Origin: Tubulanus polymorphus | Taxonomy: Eukaryota > Animalia > Nemertea | NCBI RefSeq assembly: GCF_964204645.1 | Contig: NC_134025.1 | Span: 24,098,299-24,162,298 of the forward strand | Reading direction: 5' to 3' | Length of the DNA: 64,000 nt | Shown: piece after piece, positions 28,201 to 43,200 of the stretch | Position numbering within the stretch: the stretch's first letter is position 1 | Layout of the letters: each line of letters opens with the position of its first letter | Notes under the pieces: model-generated | What the model was told of the DNA's origin: nothing | The model's input: the letters and a program-made list of their open reading frames with translations, nothing else | The model's database searches: none | Position numbers and translations under genes: made by a program

Positions 28201-31200
28201 TCGTCGGACAACTGACAATTAAGTGCGCATAAAGTGGCCCGCGTAATGGTTGGATCGAGATGAAAATATGTCAACAGGGGGATGCAGTAGATCCGGCGCC
28301 CTTATCACGGTACATGAAAAAGATGTACATGATGAAGTAAAAGACGCATTTGCCAATGACTTGAATACAGATTCGAATCCGCAGATCGACTTGTCAAAAT
28401 CTTGTTCGATATTTTGTCACTAAATAGAAAAAAACTTGCGGCGCGACTCAACACCTAATTTCACATTGCTCTGGCGACCCACGCATTGATGTTTTAGACA
28501 TATTAGCAAACGTCAGCGGCAGCCAATATTCAAATCAGCCTCTTTCAGTACAAGCTACTGTCTTGAGTCAAGATAAGTAGACATGACATTTATTTGCATA
28601 GATGCGTTTTGCAAAGAATACTGAAGAGCAGATTTATATGAATCATGAGCAGAAGTTAAATACGCATACAACGAATGCCATACTATTCGGGGAAGATGGC
28701 GGAATAGCAAAACTACGACTTCGGCACTCTCTCTGGTACATCAATGTTTGAACTAATGACCGGTCTATTCCGTAGCTCCAATCGACATGACGTACCGGGC
28801 AAATCAATCTTCCACTCACGCTCCGTTTTGTCAGTTTTTATCTCTGAAAACACGGCTCATTTTATGTAACTAGCATCTAATCGAGGATATCTGAAATTTC
28901 AATCGATAGCAACATCCCGTCGCTGTCAAATTGTTGAAGAAACCACATACGTTGTTGTCGTCGTGATAAACTCTCTCTCTCAGAAAACATTCTTCTGATT
29001 TCTGTGTGTGAAACTCTTCAGACATACGATACGTCGGAACACATCAATGATACACGTCATAGTTGAAGAAGTTGTCAAACGTGACCCGAGTAGCTTCAAT
29101 CTTCGGTTGACGAACGCCTCGTAAAACAGACAGCAATGCGCGGTTACAATGCTTTTTTTTTCATTATCCTCGGCTATAACCAACTACAGTTGAAATGAGT
29201 ACATCGTATGAAGATGCAGATGGAAACGAAGTGACAGCTCAAATTCCGGATTAGAAATTGAATTCCTGATCATCAGTAAGCAGGTCACAAAACATGACTA
29301 GCGATGAGGTATGAAGGTAATATAGAATTAAGAAATCTGCATATACCTCCCTGATTGTTAGTGTTTGCTAGGAACACTTCGCGAAATAGATTGCAGCGAG
29401 CCATACGTCATCGGCCTCTTACTCAGCGGCTTTCCTATCAAGAGGATTAAGGAATATGTGCCACGTACATCGGTCAAATCATTAAGAATTCATAAACAAC
29501 GAAAGAATTTCGCTGCAAATAATCCAGTAGGTTTACGCGCAATCGGGGGTGTATGAATAATCAGCCCGTGAATAACACCGCAAAGTAGAAAATCTATTTT
29601 GACGATGATTCCTTGTCGACACAATTCGGCGAAACATGTTAAAGGAGGTCTGGGTATTGACATGGATGGTAAAGGAATGAACGGGATAATTGGCGTACGA
29701 GTCCGCGTGAGTTACAGTTGAAAGTCTCTGTGGATGTCGTTCAACACGAGAACGCCGAATTGACTGCCGAAGCATAAAATGCTTCTGTTTCGTCAGACTA
29801 ATGAAAGCCCGTGTACACACACGATCCAACCACACGCAGCGAGCTCAACGAACAAGGATGACATTTGACTAATGCCCGACGCTTTTTTTAATCAACACAC
29901 ACACACACCGATGACAACTAAATTGTAGTTGACGTATTTCGTCGCCGAAAGACAGCAATACTGAAAACAGAGGAGAGAATTGCGGAATGAAAACTGCGCG
30001 AAAGAGGCAACGACAAGTCATATTCCATTAGCGAACAGTGAGATAAAAGGCAACAATTATTGTGAAATTTAAAAACTTCAAATATCAAGTTAAAACTTTA
30101 TACGACAAGGTAAAGAATTGACAGATGATAACTGGATATGATGACGACCAGTTTCGTAGTCGGAATTAAACGAGTTTAGGCTTTTAAGAGATAAATTGAA
30201 ACTTCCCCATTAAGTACCGGTAATATTTCATTTCTATCGATGATGCTTTAGCGCATGTACCGGTATGCAGTACCCTCGTACAGAACTTCGCGACCTGTGG
30301 CGACTTGAACAGAAAACAAATTGATTAACTTTCGAAGAGCTGAAAGACACGTCTGTTTTTATCCACTTAAAGATGGAAAAACGGATCGAATTATGAACGT
30401 TAATAACTTGAATACAGCACCGGGCTCGCGGCTAATGAATATTTTCATTAAGCAAGTGATATGTGTGAAGACATAATTGAGATTGCGATGAATGTTGTAT
30501 CGGCAGCGGTGGCTTTCGGCGAGGAATATTCCGATGAAAAGCGCTGAACATGAGAGCAGGCAGTTCTTTCAGCTCGCACGCGTAATAGGAGAAAACGCAG
30601 AAGTAAAACGAATACCCAAGCGGCGACTGAATAAAGACAGAATTTCTGTCACCGGAGACGGTTTCATAATTCATTAGTTGCAGTTAAAAAGATACTTTCA
30701 TCGCGACAACGTAGCGAACAACAATAAGAACCAAAAGAAAAACCAACTTGCAGCAAAGCTGGGCTTATTCATTACATAAACAGAGGTATACAATGTGAAA
30801 AACTAACTTGACACACCTCGAAAAATAACACATAATATATTGATTAATATTGTCGACAATAATTCATATCCAAAATCAAATAATATTAAGGATCAATAAA
30901 GTTATTTTGGATTGGAATGATGGAATCGAATTGACCAGCAAACAGTCTAGCCCTGATGTATTGATGACGTCGTGTACATCCTCTTAAAAATGACTATTAA
31001 GATTTATCAAAAAATAGGATAAGAGTTATGAACTATATTTCACAAAAATTCACAATTGCAATTGTAATTTCGAAATGCCAATTTTGATGACATAGTGCAC
31101 ATTGACTCACACAGAACCCTTTAAAAGCATAATAGGTATCGATGTATATAAATATTATTTTAACGGTTTTTTACAGCCATTTCAGCTCTATCGAGAATGG

Positions 31201-34200
31201 TTTGGCTTCTAAACTTACACGATATCTTTCAATATGCAAATTGACTTTGAAGGCTGCAGTCAGAAGACACTGGCAATATTGCATAGTATTGCAGCTTGGA
31301 GTAATCATTCAACTCGGAGTAATCATCTAATGATTACTCCAAGATTGCAGGAAGATGACATTTTCATAGAGATGATTGTAAATGATGACATTGTCCAAAG
31401 TATAAGATCTTTTTGTCTTCAAGCGGTTGTTGAAAGTCTCTTTCTTTTTTTGCTGTTCACGTTGCCCCATTACTTAACGCAATCACCTGAAAGTCCGAAT
31501 TCTGTGTTCATTAACAGCAAGTTACAGCTGATATTGACATAAACAACGCAGCGAAAGCTGGACGCTGGTCATCATATCAGCATTAGGTATACCCCATTAG
31601 CCGTAGCCGCACAATTCATCACTGCTAAATACGCATTTATATTCCCAAGCCGTTACTCTGTTAACATTATTTGTCCGTTTGATTTAAAGTAAGCGATATA
31701 TGGGTGACGTACAGGTAGCTGGTAACACACACAAGTCACAACGAATCACCAATAATGTATAACACGCCAATGATGGCTTATGTTGAAACTGGGTATTTTC
31801 AGATAAGATAAGATGAAAAAAACATCAGCACCTGATGGAGGAAGAGTTTGACTTACTATTTAGTATGCCCACGTGCTAGTTTCCTCCCAAGCAGCAGAGA
31901 CTATTTCTTATACATTCACTTCCACCACTTGTCAAAATATCTCGAAGCAAAAACAGTAAACATGATATGTTGGGAAGCATGATAATGCTAGAACATGATT
32001 AGAGTCGGGTGGAAAACTGAAAATGTTCAGCTCCAGTTTATAACTTAAGCTTTTACATGCATGATAATGATGAGGATATTTCTGATAAATTCAAGGAGCA
32101 TATGTAGTGTTTTTACTATATCACAGGTACACGTAGCATAACCTTGGAGGTTCAGAACAGCTTCCCTTAATGAATGATTGATCATCCGTTTGTGGCATGT
32201 GCGTATGTGTTCATTCCCAATTCCTGATAATGAAATCTTCGAGGAGGTCCCGTAGTTTTTTACATGAATTACCAGTTATAAAGATTTACAAAAAAAAATT
32301 TAAAACCACCCTGTTAGGGAAGTAAGAGCATAGATGCACCTTATATCTATACGCGATAAATGTTGCTGCCTAATCATGCAAAGAGTCAGGGGCGGATCTA
32401 GGATATCTTCAAAGGGGGTTTGCAGAAAAAAAGGGCAACTATACTTAGCCAGCGCTGTGCTGAAGGTGTGAAGCCTGTAGAGAGGTCTGGTAGCCCTCTC
32501 CCACAAAATCTATAGACTTATTTTATTGACTTTTCAGGGCATCTGAGAACTTCATTCTACATTATGACAACAGTAAAAAACAATAATGTATTTATGGAAT
32601 TGTATTGACAAATATTGGGGCCAGAAAAAAGGGCGCATGGAAAATTTTAGGGAGGAGCAGAAAACCCTAGGCCTATATCGACGAAAAGCCATCACGGCAA
32701 CTGCATTGACCACGAATTTTTCATACTAGAAGTAACAGCTCAAGATGATGAGGAAACCGCGAATCTAAATATGAAAAACCATCATATTACGCAGTTAATT
32801 GAAATAACTAACCAGAAAATTGCTTACTGGGCGCGATTATTGATAGATTAGGAAGGTTTTATAACGTATTCATAAGTCCATATATGTAAACAGCTGAAAA
32901 TGAATAGACTGACAGCATTGAAAATTATGTCGACACGACTAGGTCCACTTAGTTTACAAAATCGAATTACGATGGTCGGTTAGACCGGGGTACGGGATAC
33001 GAGGCACGTGGAATCGAATGAATACGACTTAGAAATGGAAACAATAACTGTTTTCAGTGGAAAACTGACGTCGATCAATTTATAACCGTCTGACGTAGAT
33101 CTAATTACGGATTCTGATTAATCTTCGCCGATTAATTACAGGCATCACCGAGACCGCGGTGGCAATTATACCGTGCAGGAAATTAAGAAAGTCGGTGCAA
33201 GATTTACGGTTAGAACGCACGTTCGCAGTACGCATGTTTGCTTCAAGTATGAGTAAGATAATTAAGAGTCATATTGAAATACACGATATTTGGAATAGAA
33301 CCGCCATCAGAATAGAGTTTTTGGTTCACACCACCCGTTCACACGGGTACCAAATGGGCCCATGCCTGTAGTGTTTGACCCGGGCCAAATTTGGCCATAC
33401 CAAAAACGTTGAACCAGGCCCCTGCTACGTACATTCACTATGGGTCAAATCATAGCACGTGAATACTTACTGTGTCTAGAAGTGATTCACTTCACTTAGT
33501 TTAGCATTGAGTGAGGAGTTTATGCGTCAACGCGCTAATTAGATACGGGCAAAATTTTGGGTCTGATCTGGGCCAAATCACCAAATGCGCGATTGTGGCT
33601 TACTTTTACTCCATTTGGAGAGGTAGTTTCAGCTCTAGAAATGACCAGAAATGTGTCTGCCTTGTGCCCAGAGTAAACACAACCTGCAGTGGGTAAGATC
33701 TCAACTGATCCTTAAGTTCTCAGTTTGGTCTTTAATTCCGACTTTGAACCAAAATCTAGTACGATGTACAACACACAATATGCACATTGAACTTTATCAG
33801 AACTTTATCCGGCTATGTTATCTGATAATCTAATGATAGGATAGTGAGTGGCGAGTTTGATAAAACACATGTTCGAATAAAGAACAAAAAAAAAAACAAC
33901 AACTGATACTGTGTCTTTAAAAGTATATTGAAAAACAACGCCTAATCAATGTGCACTTGAAAATAGTAATGACGACAGATGTATCGATGTTTGTATGTTT
34001 TAGGCGTATCTACGAAATCATCACCAAGGTCTCCGATGTCATTAACACTTGTCACAATTCGATTGTGCGACTCGTTCAAATTGCGCCGAACACAAATATG
34101 GCTTCTTTATGCGATAATAAATTAGATTTGTCGTGTACCGTGGTGCATGACAGAGAATCTAACATCGCTGAATCCTTACACGGGTTTCACACCTAATTAC

Positions 34201-37200
34201 TATTTCGAAATTCAAAAACGGACTTTTCAGATGTTCGTCACAGATTTCATCGAAGACCTGATGAGTTTCGGTTGGATGGCGCTAAAAAATCGCAGAAAAT
34301 GCAAAATGCGATAGATTGCAATTTTCCACGTGTTGTACAGGAAACTTATACTACATTTTCAGCTGAAAGCATCCTTAAATTCCAATGTGTTAGTGGTACC
34401 AAGTGATGCAGTATTTTCAGCAGTCGTCTTTGGCAGGAAGAATTTCACATTTTTGATTACGAATAAAGCTTCCTATTTCTAGAATTCTTAGATATGAGGT
34501 ATTTTCGAAGCTTAATTGGCTTACGAGGTGTTTGCTAATATTTCACGCTTTAATTGGCATTTTACAGCAAATTTCATAGTGAATCCATAGTAACAACAAG
34601 CACAATCCATAGTAAAAACAAGCACAATGACAAATTATCAAGAAATCATTAGAGAAGGAAGGATAATTGAGTAGAGGGCCAGTGCAGTTGAACAAATCTT
34701 CTCGTACAGGAGGAAATACACACAAGAAATGCTATCCACGTTCTTCAACAAGAATAAACTGCAACGGCAGAAATGTTCATTGATGACCAACGAACAAGAG
34801 AAATCTATTTCTCTGTGTAAACAATTTACCTGCTCTATACCTCCAGTTTGTTTAGTAGGTTTTAATCGTAAGAAGCCGAAGTAACAGGTTCTACGTTGTT
34901 CATTATGATGTTCCTATTGTAAACAAAATGAAGCAATTTTGAGTGGATGCAGACGTTACTAAAATACGAAAATTCACCTCTCGATAAAAGGTAAGATGTT
35001 TTTACACATCAGGATGTCATAACATCCCTGCAGCCAGTGCTTGAAGAAATTACCATCGACCTTATCGAAGGAGGTATATGTTATTACAAGAAACAGTTTA
35101 GAGAGGCGGACATCTTGATAAATGAACAGCTCACAGTCGGACTAATCTCTTTCATCTGTTTCGAAGAGTTTCAGGTTTACGATAACGTCGTTTGAAAGAG
35201 CACGTTTCAACTTTCGCTAGTTCTCTCCATACAGCCCTCCTTCCAAAAAGACTTACGCACCGATGAAAGAATTTCGCAGTTTATAGATGAGCGTGTAGAA
35301 AACTAAATGACCGCTCCTTGAGTCTTCTAAGAAAGTTAGGGTTCGTCGTGTTTCTGCTCTCACCACCAGAACGGCTTCCAGTTCCTCATGAACGCTTCCA
35401 GCCCAGGTTTTTACAGGTGGAATTGCGATCGTGTTGTTATATATGCATTTTTTCAGTGTAAAAAATTAACCACAGGCTTAGACAAACAAAACACGCTGGC
35501 GAGGAATAATAACCCAATATTGAAACGCACTCCACAACTCTAACAGCTGCATGGTGTTCACTAAGTGCAGTTCGAAAATTCGAGAACTCATCATTTTCAA
35601 GCGGTATTCAAGACTTGAAAGATTTTGGACCATAAAATCATATCTGCTTGACAGCTTCTTCATAGATCGCATTCATTGACCTCTTTACTCTCGTCCTGTA
35701 TGACAACGTATAAGAACTATGATGAAGATCTAAAAGGAAGCAGTTTAATTAACAACGCGTACATATGCTTCCTGAAGCACTCGAAGACTCATAATACGAT
35801 CAGATCGCGTGAAAGTCAAGAGCCACGCGCCGAGAATAAGATTTCGCTCGATTATCCGACCGAGAGCTCTGGCTTACCTGGCACAAACGGAATTCTCCGA
35901 CGGCTCATTTATGCAGTAGTTGAAATCGCAATCGATACATTCTGATAGCGATGTCGGCTTCCGTATGTCGTAAGCTGTTCCCGCAACGTTGGCGATTTCA
36001 CCTGAAAACGGAAGCAAATGATTTATACTCGATCGAACGCAAATGATCTTCAACGCGAAACGATGCTCTTTTACGTGTCGATAAAGCATGATTTTGACAA
36101 GAATGTGATTCGGTAATGCGCATAAATAACGAACAGAATGGCGAAGTAATAATGAATGAATGCAAACGATACTTCGAGAAGTAAATGGCCGGGAAAAGAA
36201 AATAATTTGCTCCGCGTATGGGCCTCAAAAACATTTAGTAGGAGATATATCATCGTTCATTTATTACCTAAGATTTCAAATAAAATGTAAGCATCGGGGC
36301 AGACATGATGGATCAATAACTGAATGTATCTCGAACTAGCTTAAGTTTCTGGGGCACATAAAATTTGTTATTTCTAATTTCAATGCGATGATGTGACATT
36401 AACCATCAAATCCATCATACCATACGGGTAAATCACCCCATCAACAGTCAAAAGCTGTGACACGCGAAAGCTACATCAAGCGCAAGCAAAAGACATCAAC
36501 TATGGGAGCCTAATGTTCGCTTAGACTGAAAATGTACATTATCCACCGAGGAATCTGACGAACAACTGAGAGACTACAATAATGAGATTATCAACGCATT
36601 TCAATGGCGCTGCTAATGTTTTAGTGCTTAAAAGAACGAGCAAACTGTGTAAAAGTGGGTATCCTCCCAGGATAGTCTGAGGCAATGCATATAATTTGAT
36701 AAAATTCACAATATTGCATGGTCTTACATACGTATGTTCATAGTCATGTACATGATATAATCTGGGAATGGTTGAGTTTTAGTGTTGCTGGTTGATGGTT
36801 GTATTAGTGAGAGAGCTAGCAACATAGTTATTACCCAATCGCAAACAAAAGGTTTGGCTAGCTAATTCATTATGCTTTTGGGTCTTGATGAAGAAAATCC
36901 TTGTTATGTCTAGAGACTGTGTAGCCCCTAAAAATGAGGGATTGGGGGTTTCAATTACCTCATGCACCAATAAGAATGAAACTTATAGAATGCTAAAACA
37001 TAAGTTACCAAACATCATTCCATCAAAACTGACCAAAAATTCCAGCGGAAGGCCTTTTCAAGCGCCCCTAAAAAGTATCCATGGGGCCTTATCTTACCCC
37101 ATAAACTATAAGGCCATAATTTTTCGAAAAGATAACTCATAAGTATATAGTACAGAAAAATAGCATAATTGAACAAATTTTCAGGTTTCAAAATTATCTC

Positions 37201-40200
37201 AGCTACCCCCAAAGATTTCCCTCAATTCGATTATTTTATGTTACATGTAGGTGCAATGCTAATAGTTTTTACAGGTTTTTCTATAGAGATTTGATGACAA
37301 GCAACAATTTCATTCGGAATTTGTTATCAAATCCATCTATTCGGTATATAATCGCATTCACTTCTAATCTTCATCTGAAAAGAAAACCTCACAGAAGCTT
37401 AGATTTGTAATATTGTCATGTGGCACTTGTCATCATAATCCTAATCATATTTTTTGTTGCCTAGGTGACACATTCGGACGAATTTCAAGTCCCGTTACTC
37501 GAGCGGATGTGCTGTCAACTTCTCTGAGAAATCCAAGAAACTTTAATCATTTTCCAATTTCATTTTCGTTGCAGTCAATTTCTTAAGTGGTCTAAAAATC
37601 GAATTCTCTTCCACCAGGTATGACGGACTGACAAGATAGATCGTGTTACAGTCATAGTTTGCGATTAAAGAGGGTTGATAAAAAAATGTGAATTTTTGTC
37701 GCCCAGAAAGTTGTGAAAATTGTATAAACGCGAGACTCAGAAAAATCTCGTCTCCAAATACTACGATATCACTGGTGTTTAAGTAGTAATACGAATACAA
37801 AAACACCCACAGGCACTGCAGTGGTTCAGATGTGACTCAAATGACAGTGTGAAAATGATGCCTACCATATAAACGTATTCATCAGACACCCTGTTAGGCA
37901 AATATTATGATCATAAAATGGTCTGGAGCAACCGCGATTTTTCAGCAAAGACTTATAGATCTTGGGAGAATGGTGAGATATTAGAAAAAGCCTCTCTTTA
38001 GAGTCGATATGAAGTCGCAAGCATATTCAACTTCTTCAAATAGGCTGCAAACTCATAAACAGCCAATCTGATGTTGGAAGATATCCTAAGTCGTATAAGA
38101 AGCAAATATTCATGAATTGAAGAGGAATGTTCGTTGGAGGGATTTTTCCTCTATGACATCTTATCACGTTATACAAAAAAAATGATGTAGTAGTGTATTT
38201 CCTTTTGATTAGCGTAAATCGTAATTGGTGAGCCCTGCGGTAAAATGAAACGATGCGGAAATAAGAAACGAGAAAGATTTCTTAGAGCTTCTTTAACTTG
38301 AGCGTTAGTCATGGGAATAAACGCACGAGATTGAGAAGTAATCTTACCTCGTATACAACATTATCGCTATGCCACTGGGAATTAACCTTAATATGAGCGG
38401 GGTCATTCTTATATGACCGGGCTGATTTTTGGCTGATTTATTTCTGGAATGGGATGAGAGTCTCATTGACTTGAGCCGCAATTAAACTGAACTCAGTGAC
38501 GGATCCAGTGGGGTGTCTGTGGGGGTCCGGACAACCTCCCCCTAAAATTTTGAGGTCCCATAAAAATTCCATCCTGAAAGCAAGATCAAAATTAAGGTTG
38601 TATACCTGAAAAATTATGTTATGGTAATTGGCCGTTTTGATATTAAAGAAGATTAAAAAAATCATTGCGTATGTTAGCAACAACAAAATTGCGGTGAAGC
38701 TATTAGAAAAAGACCCTTAATTTCTTAATTGCAGACCCCCTTTTTTACCCCGGATCCGCCCAGGCATGGAACTAAAATTATTTTGATGAAATTTCAAAAA
38801 CCAACAATGTAACAACGAAATTCAAGATATCCACGTGATGCTGCTACAAGATGTATTTATCTCGATCAAAAAGTAGTAGGCTAATAGACAAGAGTGAAAA
38901 TAACCAATTCCATTAGCAGATGGATGAATTTCCATCAAATCGACAGTAATGTGTTGGTGTTCATCATGACCTGTGCCATTTTACGACGGCTACTCAACCA
39001 TCGAGCAAAAACCTTTTACAGACATAAACTGCCCGATATATCAATTAACATCTCTTGGGCCTCAGTCGCAGATGATCATCCAATTAACTGGTGCCGCATT
39101 GCGACCAGTTTTATTCATTGCAAAACAGTGTCATCAATATTACAACGCACAACAGAATATCTATCATTTGCCGGCAGATGCGCCGATGGACCGCGCGGTC
39201 ACATCTCGAGCAGAAAATTAACCCGTGCCTGTAACTTTGAAGCTTAAATGATGGGAATTCGAGAAACGCACGCGCATCAAAAGATGATCAGAGAAAATCG
39301 ATCGTAAGTTAACCGATGCCGAATCCGCGGCAAGAATGATGAGAATTTCAAGCGCCCAGACAATCTCTATCCGGATGATTTTGAATCTGTTCGTGTAACT
39401 GTGTTTCCATGCACGCAAAATTTTGATAGGATTTCTTTTCATCCACTGTGTACAATAAAATGATGACTGCAGATGATTAAGGGTCGATTTGTGGAAAATG
39501 AAAGAAAGAACGTCTTCGAATGCGGCTATCTAGAATTAGGAAACGTGATAAGAAAAATATCTTCCGACTACATTTTTGAAGATGAAAAATGTCCCTATGG
39601 CTCTGGAATAAGGGCGAACATTTGATCATGATAGTCGATTGCATGAGATTTTAATTAGATACAGAACTAGGGAACTAGTTTCCGCACTGAAGGAGGCACT
39701 TACCACTGGGGACATCATCTTCATCTTTTGGCAAGAATTTATCAGCCGCAATCGAGATGATGTGATCATCAATTCTATGTGTGCCCTAAAGATAGGATAC
39801 ATTTTTGACATTTCAGGAGAAATAATGCATTCACTAATTGCCATAAATACTTTCGAAAATTTCACAGGCATAATCATAGAATTTATGGTAATTTTCCGAC
39901 GAGATAATTTCTAAATGAGTTAAAAGTTGCAGCACATTGTCAGACCGATTTCATCAACTCATCAACAACAATTAATTCAATCTATCTCTATACTCATGGG
40001 TGCACAATATACTGGTTGTTTCGTGGTTACCAGCGGTCGAAAAAAGGTGCATTTTTTGCCAGGGTAGAAATAGTCGACCGAATATCAACTACATTCACTG
40101 AAGACGTTCAGTTACGTCAAATCCACATATCTTACATACGTGACAGAATAATTACCTGTCCGGCTAAATTGAAATAACTGTGATTAGTTAGATTAATAGG

Positions 40201-43200
40201 AGTAGCCTTCGTGGATGTAGCCTTGTAGTCGAGAATAATTTCGCTATCTTCGGTAAACCGATACTGCGCGACGACCTTAACCGCGCCGGGGTAGCCTTCC
40301 TCGCCATCGACACTAGTGTACTCCAACTTCAGAGTATCCTCGCCAGTGATCTCTGCATCCCACACTTTCTGTAAATAACATGAACCCATTGAATAAAGAC
40401 GTAGGTTTTTCATAAAATTTACTGCTGGTTATTAAAAATTTGCCTAATAAGCATTTGAGTGCAAATCAATTGTTTATACTGTGATATTCAATTAAATATC
40501 ATAATCAAGAAGAATGATAGGCACTGTGATTTGGACGGCGCTGAACCTATTTTACTACCGGTATAACATAGGTCTATACTGTCTAAAACTTTTTGCTTTT
40601 TAATGACATTATTTCGAATTTTAATTGTCAACTTCATGTTTAATGCACTGAAACAAGAGAGTGTGATTAATTTGATGCTATTCAATCAGCATCACGTGTT
40701 TCAAACTACTGAAGTACGTAACTATAGAACCACAGAATGAAATACGAATTCATATCTATCTTCGGCTGATCACATTTCATCAATAATCGAGTATATTTTG
40801 TAGCGTTTAAATTCACTACACCATCTGTTTCCATAAAATACTACAGTGACGCTCGTTTCTGTGATCATATAGACAAAATCATGGTAACTCTTCTATTCTA
40901 GGAAAATAATTAGCAGTATCAAGCTCTTTTCCCAACCTAAATAATGGAAAAAATTATCCATCGGATACGACTCTAGGTCCTATAGTATACCGGTATATCA
41001 AATATTTTCATTCATTGCAAAAAAGATTAGATTTTATTGAAATAATAATAGTGTCGTCTAGTTCTTAGTTTACAAGTGATATATATTGCTATATCTTTAT
41101 CATTATTATATACCGGTAATAAATACAATCAATAGTTCGATATTGGGCCTTTCTTTCCATTTTGACTACGGGAAAATAATACCGATCTACAATACGCGCA
41201 AATCATCACGCATTATTATTCTGACATATACTATCAATGCTTTGTGCGAGCTTTTCTCTACAAAAGAAGCGCATATTTTTCAATATCATATTAGAACAGC
41301 TGATACATGTACATCTTTTATCGCGTGTTTACCGCGACGATCATGAAAAATGATCGGGTATCGGCTGTCGTTGTCAACGTTAAACGAAAATCGGCGTCGA
41401 TCGTCGCAGCTGACTGGGGAAGAGCCGCGCGCGCGCCTCTGTGGGACGGAATCGTTCGACACATAATTACACCTGTCCCGATCGATACGCCGCGCATACA
41501 CGCTACTCACAGCGAAGCCTTGTAACCGGATAGTTAATTCCGGATTATCATCACCTGATGAGCGCAAAATATAACTCGAGCAAACACTTATGAATACGCC
41601 ATTCATTACAACGAACGAGATCGAACATACAAGCAGCTCTCTGTACGCGTCAGTTCCGTCGTCGTTTGACAATAACATTTAACAGACATATACATAAAAT
41701 ACATTAGGCCTATATCATCTCAGAAACTTGTATATGATGAACTGAAGTTATTATTTATGGTTTTACAGGTGACCGGAATTACAAAACACATGGACCATCA
41801 AGTCACAACGTACACATACAGTCTTCAACCACCAACTACACCGGTCACTATGGAATCTAATCCAACAACATCCGAAGTCGTACTAATGGAACAAAACACT
41901 CAAACACAGGTAGGCCTCCTCACATATCTATCATATTTATATAATATTCCATTTCGACATTTCTCTTAATTTCTAACAGATAAATTCATGCTAACAAAGA
42001 ATTTCTAATACCAATGGTTAAAATGGAGTTTAGAAAGAATTTCAAAAAAATGTCCACGTTACCAAAGTTTGGACTACGTTTGAACCTGCAAGTATCGTTG
42101 AACTAAGATTTTGCTGAATACAGACTTGAAGAAGAGATATTTCAAAATGAATAGAAGCAGTTTTTTTTTACGTTCAAGCGTGTGTGACTCATTTTTAACG
42201 ACGCAAAGTGAAAAAGTGTCTGACTTTCTGTAATACGCAGCAGAAAAATAAGTACCAGGTGCAAACCCTGAATATAATCAGCGGCTATAGTCAACCCTAT
42301 CTAAGCTAAAACCTGACTAAATATGAATCAAACATCTGAAACTTCAAAGATGTGAAAACACATACCAGTATAGTGCTTATAAATAAGCACAAAGGTGATG
42401 CGCTTTCTTCTTTATCCTTCTTAGAGATAGATGTACATGTATATGAGCTGATTAATTTTCTATTGTTTGACAGGATTAGATCTAATCACGCTAACAGCAT
42501 GAAAGTGAATCAAATATGAAATAGGCTCGGGTATGAATAGATGGATGAATTAGATTGTCAATACTAGAAAGCCAGATTTCAGTGACTTGAGAAATTTTAA
42601 TTTCATTATCTTAATTGAAAAATCCAAGTGACTGTAAATACTAAATCAAATTTCATGCATGCATGTATATGGTTCGTGTACAATGAAATTCTAAACTTAT
42701 AGCGATGAAATACCTCTTCTATTCCCATACATGAGTATATTCTCTTTTTTAAAAAAAAAGAAGATAGAATTACCTCGAGAAAGAAAGAGGATTCTTCGGA
42801 TATAAGTCAACGTTAACCCAAAGTTTTATCGTTAAAGGGTTAATACAGTAGCAAAATAATATCCCGTTATCAGCAAATGCGAGCTTAACACAATGCTTAC
42901 TTTATCGAATCCCTTGAGGCCACCGTGTATATGATTCGGTCCGTTGTTCACGACCAGTTCATAGTCGACGCCATCAAGACTGAACTTCCCCTTGTGTATA
43001 CGGTTGCATACACGACCGATCAAAGCTCCGATGTAGGGAGGGTTAACTTCGTAATCTAAAAAGTGACGAAGATTGAAACTGAACGAACGAAAGCCGACAG
43101 TCGAGAATATTAATCGTTTCGAAAGAACAGTCGAACATTTTTTTTTCAACAATGCGTATGTTTAATGTATGTTACTGGTATTCTTATCCTATCAACTGTA

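Noticed and set aside
34255-34300. Other CTGANGA hammerhead-like cores (34258, 41555, 11843)
   Set aside because: None has a correctly placed stem II-GAAA-stem III-UH with a complementary stem I.
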